A stretch of DNA of 64,000 nucleotides. Source: Chiloscyllium plagiosum (taxonomy: Eukaryota). The stretch covers positions 37,534,288 through 37,598,287 of the forward strand of contig NC_057726.1 of NCBI RefSeq assembly GCF_004010195.1. Reading direction: 5' to 3'. Within the stretch, counting starts at the first letter, position 1. Each line of letters starts with the position of its first letter. Positions 12,151 to 24,084 of the stretch are shown piece by piece. Below the pieces are notes generated by a model, which saw only the letters and a list, made by a program, of their open reading frames with translations, made no database searches and was not told the DNA's origin. A program made the translations under genes and the position numbers.

Positions 12151-14947
12151 CTAACATCACCATTTGTACACTTACATCAAACAGACCGCAGTGGTTCAAG
12201 AAGAGGGCTCACTAACATGTTCTCAACAGCAACTAGTGATGGGTACAGTATTAAATTCTGATTTAACCAATGAAGAAATAAATCCGTAACTGTTCCATTT
12301 CTTTAGCCTCAATTGGATTTTCTGCGATTACAGACAAATCCATAACATCCACTTGGGCCAAGTCATCACCCCAGAATAAGTTCAGCTCCTCTGATCAGCA
12401 CTTTCTGAACAACTCCTACAACTACTGTTCTAGACATTAAATTACATCCTAAGTGCACTTTGTACATAGAATAGGTATAAACTCTCCACTTATCTCATTT
12501 ATTAACACTTTGGTTTTCAATGCACTCTCGAGGAAAATTTATGCTTTTCTCTTGTGTTTAAATAGCTCCTCTGTTGCTCAATATAGTTTTAAGGTTATGA
12601 GTATTATTTGACAAAAATCCTTTATATCTCTCGTCCACCTAATTCGCCTATCCTACACTCATAGCAGTGTTTATCTTTGGTCTCTCAGTTGTCATGCTAC
12701 AATTTGATTCATGATGCTGTTTTGTGAGTTTCTTTCTCTATTTGGCTCTTATAAACCTGAATAATTTGCATGGGTTTCCAATGCAACTTCCAGAATTCTG
12801 AACTGAAATTGTATTTCTCGTGTTTTTTTATAATCAAAATGAAATACTTGAAGTTCCATTGTCTTTTTATATTTTTATAATTTCCTTTTCTACTTTAGGC
12901 TGTTTTAGCTCTTTGCAGATCTGGCAGCATATTTGAATGTAATATTTTGAGTCAAGTATGACACTTATTCTGAAGTACACACTGTGTGCATTATTCTTGT
13001 GTTCCTGAATCTAATACAGGTGAGGTATGTGGACTCTGTTTACTTGAAGATCACTGGTGTTTATTTACAGCTGTACTACTCTGTGCAGTATAGAGTAATC
13101 TCCAGGTATAGCCTGTGCCTTGACTGCTACAGTTCTGAGAATCTAAAGCCTGTGTTCCTGATGCACATTTTTATTGCCTGGTTCACCTGTATGTTGAGTT
13201 CGTAAAAGGGATATCACTCAACAGTGAAAACCCATCAATGTTTATTATATATAAATGCACAAACTCCTCTTTGCTTTACGCAACAATCATTCTGCATCAG
13301 GCATAACACCTCCGCACCGCCTCCCCCCCCGCCTCTGCTTCTTTGAAAACTCCCTGCTATGCACTTGTCTAATTTCCTTGCAATTTCTGCTGATCCAGCA
13401 TGTTTCCCATGCATCTTCTCAAAACTTTCAATAAGCCCTGTAATGAGCTCTCAGGTTTCTTATTAACAAGTTGAATTGACTGTCTATCACTTTTGAGTGG
13501 TTGCCATGATCTCCAAGAAGATGCCAAAATTTCTCGGAGCTGGGAATGCACTGGGAAACAGATGTGATTTTCTCAGTACAAAAGTAATTTGGATTCAACA
13601 ATTTTTCCACCAAAAGCTAACTATTAATGAACAAGGGTGTGTAATCTTAATGGGATCCTTAAAAATCTTGTCAGACATGTAAATGTAAAACGTCACTTCA
13701 AGTATGTTTTTGTTCTAGGTGAATCTTTTGATTTGGCATAAAGATTGTGATAGTTTAAATTAATGTATTATTATTGCACAGGAAATGGAGATTGATTTTC
13801 AAAGATGCTCTTTCTGCTTTTATTGATGCAGAACAGACTAGCAAAGTTTAAACTAATGTAATCCTGCACATCCATTTGTTACTGAGTGATTTGGACAACA
13901 TTTTTAGTTTTCATTTAGTAACTCAAAAAAAGAACCATAGAACTAATTCTCCTACTCTCCTCAATAATTGCTCAAGAAATAAAGTTCTGTGGAAGAATGA
14001 ATCATTAATTCTGCATTTTACTTATGTCCACCAGAAGCCAGATTAGTCAAACATTAATTGTGATTAAGGTTTTTGGAATGATAATGTGTGATAAGATTAA
14101 TATGCACATAGAAAACATGAGTTAATTAAGGAGACTAACATTGATTCCTGAAAGACGTGTCCTGCCTGAAAAATTGAATAATTGTTTCAGGAAATATTGG
14201 ACAGTGGAGACAAAGAGCTTTTTTTTAAAAATGTTTATGAGGTGAGGTCAACACTGAATAGACTGCATTTATAACTTCCCTAATTGTGTTGAGAAGCTGA
14301 TGATGGCCATTTACACGAGAGACAAAAGGAGCCAATATCAGGGTCCTGGTAGTAACTTCCAATTCCTCTCCACAGTTGAGATGCTGAAGGACTGGAAAGG
14401 GGGTTAATGTGATCCCATTATAAAAAAAAGGGAAGAGATAGACCAGGAAAAGCAGACAAGTCAGTTTAGTCTGAGTGGCAGGGAAATAATTAGAATATTT
14501 GTATATGTGCACTTATATATCAGAAACTTGGATTAATCAGGGATAATCAGCTAGGGAAGCTTGTGCTTGACAAATCTGAGAATTTGTCGAGATGGTAACC
14601 AGGTATATTTATGAAGTAATGTCTCGGATGTAGTCTACATGGCCTTTGGATAAGGGCATTGACAGCAGACTAGTTAAGAAAATAAGATCCAATGAAATCC
14701 AAGGCAGAGTGGCACAGCAAATCCTGAGAGGCAGAAAGCGGAGGGTAATGTCAAAGGATGTTTTGTGATTGGATGTCAGTTTCCAATAGGTAGGGGTTCC
14801 ACAGAGCTCAGTGCTGGGACCCTTACTATTTATGGTGTACATAAATGATTTGGACTTAAATGTGGGTGGTATGAACGAGGGATTTGAGGATGAAAATCTT
14901 TAGGGTAGTACATAGTAGCTGTAAAGTGCAGGAGGAAAAGCAATGCA

Positions 14948-16277
14948 CTGTCAGTGTTGTTATATGTGGCACAGATCTGGCCTATTCCCAGAGCCTGTGC
15001 CGTCACAGTCACCTGGGCCATCTTTCATTTTAAAGATGGCCAGGATCCAAAAGGACTCGATGTACAAAGCTCTGGGCAATGGGCAAAAAAACACACCCTG
15101 ATGGCCACCTTTGTGTGTGGCTGCATCAAGCTGCGCGTGGATCCCCTGTATGCAAACACAAAGTGTCACTACGTACTGAGGTTCTAGTTAAAACAAAGGA
15201 CTGCAGATGCTGGAAACCAGATTCTAGATTAGAGTGGTGCTGGAAAAGCACAGCAGTTCAGGAGCCTCGCAGGATGCTGCCTGAACTGCTGTGTTTTTCC
15301 AGCACCACTCTAATATAGTACCCCCTACTAAGGTTCTACCTGTCCCCGGTGTTGCGAAGGATGGGCCTGGCCTCGCTGCCTCGGAACGCTTCAAGTCATT
15401 GGACAGTTCTGTATCACCTGTCCTTCGTGGAGAAATTTATGAAGAAAAACACCTTTGACCACAAGTCCATCAGGAAGTGGTCAGCACATAGTGTCCTTGA
15501 AACCCTTCGGGAAGAGGAGAGGGTGGATCCTGTCGAGCGGTTCCCTGGGCAGACTGTCAAAGTCATTTGGCAGAATGTCTCATCGGCAGAACTTTCCAAC
15601 AAGCACCAAGACATGGCTAGGCTGGAGGTGAGAAGGGCTCTGCCTGTGAGATCCTTTATGCATGCCCGGACTCTCTGCCGCACTGCACGCTGCCCTCAAA
15701 ATGGCTGTGGAGGGGACGAGACGGTCACACACCTCCTTCCGGACTGCGCAAAGGAAGTCTGGAGACGAATGCAGTGGTATTTGTCGAAGTTCGTCCCGAG
15801 CATCTTCGTGACGCGAGACTCCATGCCTACGGACTTTTCCCCGAGACGCACACCGAGGCGAACATCAACTGTACCTGGAGGATCATCAACTTGGTGAAAG
15901 ACACTCTTTGGTGTATCCGAAACCTGTTGGTCTTCTAGCTGAAGGAGCTGACCTCGACTGAGTGTTGCGGACTGGCACATTCCAAGGTCCAGGACTACAT
16001 GTTGAGGGATGCGCTGAAGCTTGGGGCAACTGCCGCCAAGGCTCGGTGGGGAAAGGCCACCGTGTAATATCTGCCTGAAAAAGAACAGGAGGCCCACGCA
16101 TTAAGTGGGTTCCACTGACGCCTCAGCTAAATATATGGATAGTAAACGTACAGATCTGTATGTATGAATGATTACTCTGTCTCTGTATGCAAAGAAATGG
16201 AATGTTTACGTGTGTATGGCATGACCAATTGTACAGATCATCAAAATATTTTATGAATAAAGTATATTTTTGAAATA
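14948..16277 (+). mobile_element. Tx1/L1-like non-LTR retrotransposon 3' portion with zf-RVT zinc finger
   Basis: GC/CpG-rich. ORF 15349-15897 contains ARCPQNGCGGDETVTHLLPDC (C-x-C...ET..HLL..C zf-RVT). 3' end tttatgaataaagtatatttttgaaa has a polyA signal. Confidence 0.85.
15187..15325. mobile_element. PLE pLTR fold-back mini-element inserted in the Tx1-like element
   Basis: Arms attagagtggtgctggaaaagcacagcagttcagg / cctgaactgctgtgtttttccagcaccactctaat; TSD tactgaggttcta / tactaaggttcta (15174-15186, 15326-15338). Confidence 0.85.
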
Positions 16278-16635
16278 CGAAAAAGACTCGTCAGTTGGGC
16301 AGAGCAGTCAAAAAGTGAATTCAATCAGAAACAAGTGAGATAATGCATTTGTGAAGGTTAACAAAGCAAGGGATTACACTATGAATAGCAGGACCCTGGG
16401 AAGCACTGATTCTTGAGGGTCGCAAGGCAGGTATAAAAGGTGGTTAATTAGGCTTAGAAAATACCTGCCTCGATTAGCCAAGGCATAGAGTACAAGAGCA
16501 GAAATTTTATTCTGGAACTGCATATGACACTGGTCAGCCCACAACTGGAGTACTATCTGCAAACCTTGTCATCATATTATAGGTAGGATGTAACTGCATT
16601 TGAGGGGTTGCAGAAGATCTACCAGGATGTTCGGG

Positions 16636-16735
16636 GGAAGAGTCACTGGACCCGACATGTTAACACTGATTTCTCTCCACAGATGCTGCCAGACCTGCTG
16701 ATCTTTTCCAACAATCTCTGGTTTTGTTTGGTTGC
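16636..16735 (+). mobile_element. PLE pLTR fragment inside CR1
   Basis: gaagagtcactggacccgacatgttaac...cacagatgctgccagacctgctgatcttttccaacaat is homologous to the other pLTR copies. Confidence 0.65.
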
Positions 16736-18129
16736 TTTTTGGGCTAGAGGATCTGAACAATGAGGGATAATTGGATAAGCTGTGGTTGTTTTCCTTGAAG
16801 CAGCGAAGTTGACAGGAGACCCGATAGAAGTGTACAAGATTATAAAGTGCATAGGCAGGATTGATCGGAAGAGACTTTTTCCATGAGTACAGGGATCAAT
16901 AACTAGGGACATTGATTTATGGTAAGACATAGAAGGATAAGAGGAAATTTGGGGAGAAAGCTTTTCCCCCAGAGGGTGTTGGGAGCCTGGAATGAACTGT
17001 TTGAAAGTGGTTGACTCAGAAACCCTCATTACATTTGAGCAATATTTAGATTTTAATTTGTACTTCCATACTGGAAGATGAGATTAGTGTAATCAAACCT
17101 CTGTTGACTGGTGTGGACAATGGCCTGAATGGCCTCCTGTGCTGTAAACGTTTATCAAGTGAGGTACTTTATTTGTCAAAAGACACAAGAGAAAGTGACT
17201 CTTTTCACGGCAAAAGCTGATTGAAAGGAAATTTGTTCTAGTTGGTCAAAATCATGAGGGAATTTAATGAGGAGAATTGTGATTACAGTAATGCTCAATG
17301 TTAGTGACCAGAAACTGAAATTGAAGGTAATCTTGTCAAGAATGAAATATAAGATCAGACATTTTTAATGGGGTAATTATTAGCATGTTACACCAGAAAT
17401 AGTAGTAGAAGCAGAATGCTTTGAAGAAGTATCTTGATAAGTACATGAAAAACAAAACAATAAAAAAAGTATTGGAAAGACAAAGAGATGGATTACAAAC
17501 TGTTATATCTTACTGCTGAAAGTGGCAGCCATACTAATTATATGTGTAACCTGGAGGCGTAGCTAATTATCTTTTAAAATTAGACCCAGTGTGTCACATC
17601 CAAAACATGACCAGTGGTGAACATCTAGAGCATGACTATTAGACACAATTTCTCCTTAACTCTTCCTGATGGTGAGCCTCTTATATTTTTGTTTCACATT
17701 ACCTGGCCTTCCACATTAACCTGACATAAAGCATCATTTCCTTTTTATTCCTATCTGCTGTTGTCATAGTAAGGGCCTGAAAGAGCTAAATAAGACAAAG
17801 AAGTTAAGAAAAGACGCTGACAAGCTTGTGTTAGAAACCAGGAGCTCTGTGTTGCAGTGTTATTGCTGACTGACGAACATCATTGTTGCTGCAAACCTAA
17901 GCATCCTAAGCAATTCTATATGTGAAACGGCAAAACAGCTTTGTTTGCACTGTACTTGTTGTTGCAGACCAGTGGGTTAAAAATTAGCATTTAGATGAAA
18001 AATACATCGATCATGGAATGTTTTTAACAGCCCTGCCCACCTGAACCAGCATGTGCAATGTCTGGTACTTTCTCATCCTTTCAACAATGTACACTTAAAT
18101 CGGGCTTTTTAAATAAATCTTAACATACA

Positions 18130-18262
18130 TGCAAAATACAGCAGATACTGGAAACCTGAAATAAAAACAGTAAAAGCTGGAACTACTCAGCAAGTCTGAT
18201 ACCATCTGGGGAAGAAGAAATAGAAAGTGTTTCAAGTCTGTTACCTCTTATCAGAATTGCAG
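18130..18262 (-). mobile_element. PLE pLTR fragment (older subfamily)
   Basis: gcagatactggaaacctgaaataaaaacagtaaaagctggaactactcagcaagtctgataccatctg, with a decayed hammerhead on the reverse strand. Confidence 0.6.
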
Positions 18263-18534
18263 AAAGTTCAAATGCAATGTGTATTGAGCAAGTGAAAGAT
18301 AGAGGAAGGAGATGTATTGGATGCATTGCCCATTGAGTTGGGGATGGGAGTGGAGGCCAACTGTGGTCGGGTCAAGAATGGGGCTGCTGTGCTTGGGACT
18401 TGAATGTGGAGCATTGGATCTTGCTGTTTCTGTCCTTGGCCCTTGCGTTGTTCCCACATGTGTCCTTGCTATGTATACACCTTTGTGGGATATGTAGAAC
18501 ATTCTTTGCTCTAGCTGAAATCAGGTTTCCTCCT

Positions 18535-18890
18535 GTCATACTATGGTACAAATGTCAGAAAGACATTTGATCTTTAAATCAGCTAGTTAGCATCATGACC
18601 TTCGATGCTGTCAGCTGAAAGATCTCCATTTTACTCTGTGTAGTCAACACAACTGTTCAGCAGGCAGTCAATAGCTTGTCAGTTAGTCTGTCTGTATGAC
18701 TCAGTCTTCCTAGACAGCTAGTCAGTCATTACATGTGTATGTACAGTAGTCATACAGTCAGCATACACAAGACAATATATATGCCTGAGATATTATATTA
18801 GTGTACATGGTTAGTTGCTAATAAACTTCAAGATATCTGACTCGACAAGAAGCAGACATGCTCTGTAGCATTTATCACGCAGATTAAAAT
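18535..18890 (+). mobile_element. Possible solo LTR
   Basis: Starts TGT; repeated agtcagt/agttagt words typical of U3; aataaa at 18820. 3' CA end and TSD not firmly placed. Confidence 0.3.
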
Positions 18891-19104
18891 AGAGAAATCC
18901 ACAAAGTACACCATTATTACACTAAGTGGATATTACATCATAAAGGCAGTAAGTAGCATTTGAAGACCAGATGGCAGTACATTCATACTGAAAGCTAGTC
19001 TCAGTACACCTCTACTAAAGATTGAGAAATGATGTTGAGAGTGGCAATTGCAAACAGTTCATTGTCATTGCAGTCAAGCTCTTTACAAGTCTGATTTAAA
19101 ACAA

Positions 19105-19144
19105 AGATTCCTGAAGAAGGGCCTGTGCCCGAAACGTCGAATCT
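19105..19144 (+). ncRNA. Minimal type-I hammerhead ribozyme motif (PLE family A), intact
   Basis: AGAUUC-CUGAAGA-A-GGGC cugu GCCC-GAA-ACGU-C-GAAUCU: 6 bp stem I, complete CUGANGA/GAAA core, 4 bp stem II, GUC cleavage triplet, palindromic ACGU stem III. Confidence 0.8.
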
Positions 19145-19235
19145 CCTGTTCCCTGGATGCTGCCTGACCTGCTGTGCTGTTCCAGCAATAAAGTTTCAAC
19201 TTTGATCTCCAGCATCTGCAGACCTCACTTTCTCC
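19106..19235 (+). mobile_element. Young PLE family A solo pLTR
   Basis: CpG-intact pLTR ending cctcactttctcc; perfect 16 bp TSD ttaaaacaaagattcc (19096-19111 and 19236-19251). Confidence 0.9.
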
Positions 19236-19829
19236 TTAAAACAAAGATTCCCTTAATACATTTGTAAAAAAGCTTTTAATATTGCTAACAATGTATCTGT
19301 CTAGTCATCAACTGATTCTGTCAATTTATTTGCTTTTGAAATGGCACAAAACCAGAACAAATGCATATGTGACATTGTTTTAATATATTATAAAGGCATG
19401 AACAACACATACAGACCCTGCTTTCTGATTTATTATAAATAATTAAGAAAAGGAAATACCACAACAACTTCCAAAGCAGCAATATGTAAAGGAAACAAAA
19501 ATGGGGAAGCCAGAAGAAACAAAGAATAGAGAAGCTTTACATTACAGAACTCATTCTTTTTCCTTTTGACAATTTAAAAGTACAAATAGTTACAACAAGA
19601 TTGGAAAACAAATGTCTAAACATCATTTTGTATTCTGTCCAAATTCCAATTTTTCAAAGAAGAAGAATGAATCTTTACTTTATAGATCAACGGATCATGG
19701 ACAAAGAGTGACAGGAGCCAAAATTCTTATCACTTTGGGGAGTAAATCAATGAGAAGGATTAAATCCTTCAGCATTTTGAGTGATGACTGCAAAAGATCC
19801 AGCCAAGATTTTCCACAGCTAGAATAGTT

Positions 19830-20290
19830 TGTGCAGTTCTGGAATTCTTATTAGAGGAGGGATGTGATTGCATTGAAGAGGGTGAAGAGGTTGGACAGAC
19901 TGGTGTTGTTTTCCTTGGAGCAGAGGGGTCTGAAAGGGGACATGATTGGGATGTATTAAATTGTGTGGGGCATTGACAAGGTAGACATGGAGGAACTTTA
20001 CTCTAACAGATATATCAATGACCGGGGCAAGAGGTTTAGAAGGAATGTGAGGAAAAATGCTTTTACTCAGAGTGGTGTGAATCTGGACTTTACTGCTTTA
20101 ATGATGGTAGAGCCTGAAACTCTCATAATATTTAAATATTTAGATGTACACTTGCAATGCCAAGGCTACAGACCAAGTCCTAAAAAATGGATGAGACTAG
20201 TTAGACACTTATTTTTGACTGGCACAGACTTGATTGGCTAAAGGGCCTTTATTTGTGCTGCATACCTCTACAACTCTATGACTTTATGGT
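19830..20290 (+). mobile_element. CR1-type LINE 3' fragment
   Basis: tgtgcagttctgg...ttttccttggagcagagg...gggccttt...ctacaactctatgact tail. Confidence 0.75.
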
Positions 20291-20469
20291 TAGATTGATA
20301 AACAAACCACATGTATGCCATCATAAAACTTGAACCATTTACCTCTGTCCATGTGGCATATACTAAGTAGTATGGACAAAATGCACTGTATGCAAAGATT
20401 GACAGTGATGCAGCTATCAATATCACCCTTTTATGCATGCAAGAAACTGACACTACAGTTTGAAGCATT

Positions 20470-21810
20470 GTAAACTGTCAAGATGCCAGTGTAGAACTTC
20501 AAAAAGATATTGACCAGTTGGTAGAATAGGCAGATAGGTAGCAACTGAAGTCCAATGTGGGGAGATGTGAAATTACACAAATTGATTATAAGAACATGGA
20601 AACATATGAAAGGGTGAGCAGGAGCACAGATACCTGGCTTTATATGTGCATAAGTCATTAAAGGTGACAGGACAAGTGGGAACCATTGTTCGTCAAGCAC
20701 ATAGAATTGTCAGTTAATAGGGACATAGAGTTATGCTGAACCTGTATAAAATCCAAATTAGATCTCAGCTGGAGTATTGGTTACAATTCTGTTATGGACC
20801 ACGCAAGACCCCCTCAAAACATTTCAAGGAAGTAGCCCGGACCCTAAATTTGATAGCTATTTTAAGCAGATATAAATTATATTCCAGGAGGGATGCAGTT
20901 AGCCCAACCACTTAGTTTTAAACAAAACAGAATTTATTTGCAAGATTACTAAATGAAACACAAACATTTGAGAACAGCATACAGAATAACTTAGCCTGTC
21001 AGAAAACCAAACAGATTATCCCAACTTAATGATGCTGTTCCAAATACTTTCAACAATCCCCCTAAAAACCCCTTTGCAAAAAAAATGGAAAATCCAACAC
21101 ATGTTCTTACAGGAGAGATGTCAGAGATTGGGAGGGTCAGCGTGGACCTGCTTCTCTGGGTCCAGCAGCTTCACAACTGACTTCCTACTTTCAGTGAACA
21201 GCCGGACTGCTAAAACCAAACCAAACCAAACCAAACCAGAGAAAAGCTGAGCTGGGAGAACTGGCTATACCCCTTTCATTGTACAAGTGTTTTTTTCTTA
21301 AGAAAACTTGAACAGCATTCTCAAGTAGTTAAACCCAGACTTTTCAGATTCACTGCTTTTACGATCCCTTGAAAAAAAAGCCAAGGACCTTATTAAAGGA
21401 GCAACGTTGTCACAATCTGGATGCCACACTTTAGGAAGAACATAAAGAGATTGGAGAAGAGGTTTATGAGAGTGGTTCCAGGGATGAGAAACTTCAGTTA
21501 TTAAGATGGAGGGGAAACACTAGGGCTGTTTTCCTTGGAGATGAGAAGGTTCAGTGAAGATTTGACGGAAGTTTTCAAAATCATGAGGGGTCTGGTCAGA
21601 GCAGACAAGATCTAAAATAATTAAGGACACAAGGGCACAGATTTTAAAGTGATTTATAAAGGACATAAATGAAATTAAAAAAAAAAATTCTCAAAGTAAG
21701 TGGTTCAGATCCTAAATACCATTACATAGAAGCATGATGGAAGCAGATTCAATCAAAACATTTGAGAGGGTATTAGACGATCATTTAAATTATGTGCAGA
21801 GTTATAATGA
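20470..21810 (+). mobile_element. CR1-type LINE RT 3' region interrupted by a solo LTR
   Basis: LQKDIDQLV and MLNLYKIQIRSQLEYWLQF; resumes at 21415 with tggatgccacactttaggaag. Confidence 0.75.
20790..21414 (-). mobile_element. Solo LTR (about 625 bp) inserted in CR1
   Basis: Ends TGTTA...TCACA (TG..CA). Splits the CR1 word caattc|tgg with a near 4 bp duplication (attc/atc). Minus-strand AATAAA near 20933; internal (AAACC)n at 21213-21237. Confidence 0.7.
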
Positions 21811-21871
21811 AGGAGCCACTTTATTCAACTAAGAGGCAGGGCCTGGGGCTCAGGTGAAGAACACTAGAGCC

Positions 21872-22539
21872 TGGGATTTCTGTCCTTAGCCTTGCTTTGC
21901 ATATCCTAATGGGTCTTAGCTATGTTTGGGTTATGTGCAACATTCTTTGCTTTAGCCCAACTCAGATCTTCTCCTGCTCACCATCGACTTTTCAGGTCAC
22001 AGGATTGTGGGCCTGCTTTCTATCCCTCAAGCTAAAAATCACACAACACCAGGTTATAGTCTAACAGGTTTATTTGGAAGAACAAGCTTTCAGAGCGCTT
22101 TTCCTTCATCAGGTAGGTAGTGGGGCAGGATCATAGGACACAGAATTTATAGTAAGATCAAAGTGTCATACAACTGAGCGATATATTGAACAAACCTAGA
22201 TTGCTGTTAAGTGGGATTTCTGTCCTTAGCCTTGCTTTGCATATCCTAATGGGTCTTAGCTATGTTTGGGTTATGTGCAACATTCTTTGCTTTAGCCCAA
22301 CTCAGATATTCTCCTGCTCACCATCGACTTTTCAGGTCACAGGATCTATCCTTCAAGCTAAAAATCACACAACACCAGGTTATAGTCTAACAGGTTTATT
22401 TGGAAGAACAAGCTTTCGGAGCGCTGTTCCTTCATCAGGTAGGTAGTGGGGCAGGATCACAGGACACAGAATTTATAGTAAGATCAAAGTGTCATACAAC
22501 TGATGCGATATATTGAACAAACCTAGATTGCTGTTAAGT
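21872..22539 (+). repeat. Tandem duplication of about 340 bp (21872-22211 / 22212-22539)
   Basis: Two near-identical units starting tgggatttctgtccttagcc and ending cctagattgctgttaag; the second lacks 14 bp (tgtgggcctgcttt). Confidence 0.95.
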
Positions 22540-22760
22540 CTTTAATCACTTTGAATAGGTTGCAGATTTTGATTCGTTAATATGTAAATCCCAGAAATGC
22601 TTTTAAGTCACATTTTCAAGGTAACTTAAGGTTTTATAAAAAAAAGGTGACATCTTAGTTCAGACAATGCATTTTGGGTATGATATTAGAGTCTGTCTGT
22701 ATTCCAACCTTGAGTTAGACTGGTTCTATTTCCAAAGTAGAAAATTATTAAAAAATGTCA
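22028..22760 (-). mobile_element. PLE family B 3' region/pLTR (partly duplicated by the tandem repeat)
   Basis: aaaaatcacacaacaccaggttatagtctaacagg...agctttcggagcgctgttccttcatcagg, continuing into sequence homologous to 49290-49690. Confidence 0.8.
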
Positions 22761-24084
22761 GTTTAGGCCTACTACAATCAGGGTTCTGGTATTGAAATCA
22801 AGTTGCTTCTCATCTAAAGTTCAATATAAGGCTGTGTAAGTGGAACCTATTCTGATGCTATCGAACAAGCAGCTGAATTATTGACAAAACTGCCAAAATG
22901 TGGTAAGTGAGCTCACAGAAAATATATTGTTAAAAATAGCTCTTTACCAAAAGTAGGTATGAAAACAACTGTGAGTAGAAAGCATTTATTGGTATTGCTG
23001 TCTGAAATTGCATTAGTACTCAACATTGGCACACGTGACTAGTTTTGATTTCACTGGCGAATTTCAGGAAGTCTGAAAAACCATGGATCCAATGTTAAAG
23101 TCAAAAGCACATGTCAGTATTAGCCTAATTGAGTGATTAATATTTGTTAGTTAGTAACTCACCTATGCCAAAAGAGGTTGCAAATGCTCCAGTGAAACCT
23201 GATAATTTAGAGCCAGCTTTCCAACGTGTTGTCAATTTCAATATTTTTGACCCCATGATATGCCTAAATACACATTCTCCACTAGGTTCAATTTCACTCC
23301 TCTGCTTCAACTTACTGTCTAGCATGTTGCATCCATTACCAACATGAGATTCTGTAAGACAGTTTTCACTTTCATATTGTTTTCATGTTAATGTCTAAAT
23401 AATAAACTAAAATTCTCTCAATGACAGACATGATTTATGATGTATTGCTATAATCACAATACCATTCTCTCCTCTTATTCATCAGGCCCTTTCAAAGGAA
23501 TTGGTCTGAAATGGGTATTGATGTGTAACAAACGTTCCAGTATGCTTCCATATGCTGCGCATGTCATCTCTTCAGATCTGTTGAATTATTTTAGGCCCAT
23601 TTATAAATTACATTTTAATAACAACATCATAAAATCCTGGCTGTAGTAAAAAATGTAGATAATTATATTCTTGGTTTGAATGTGTTCTTCTGTGTGCACT
23701 GTTGAGAAAAACATTCTGAAGAATATACCTTTTGTATTGTATAGAGTAAAGCTTTTAATACAAAAATACTCAGTTGTTTTCTTGGACTAGAAAAATGCTG
23801 ACAATTGATTCTGACAGTGACAGCTTCCTATATGCCTTTTGGTCATAATGTGAATGTAACTCTATTCAAGTGTGGTTAGAAATCAATATTTCATTCTTGT
23901 ATTTCTGTATCATTACATTTCTTAAGAAAAATCTCTGTAATCTTCAGCTGTAGCACATTGAAAGATGCTTGGTTAGTTTAGACATCAGTTAGAAGTTACA
24001 ACATTTGATCCTCTAAGGGCACAAATATAATAATATTTTATCAAATTAATGGCACACCCATGGGATTACCATCTCAGAACTTAC

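Larger units (their letters stand above)
14380..17155 (+). mobile_element. CR1-type LINE RT region (14380-14945 and 16278-17155), interrupted by Tx1-like and PLE insertions
   Basis: ggggttccacagagctcagtgctgggaccc (GVPQxSVLGP motif), tacataaatgatttggac (INDL), CR1 3' tail ggcctcctgtgctgtaa. Confidence 0.85.

Noticed and set aside
15349-16097. 182 aa and 133 aa ORFs as host genes
   Set aside because: Tx1/L1-like zf-RVT tail and its antisense; frameshifted retroelement.
23137-23325. Possible minus-strand exon ending ATAG|gtgagt
   Set aside because: Good donor but poor acceptor, and an unrecognised peptide.
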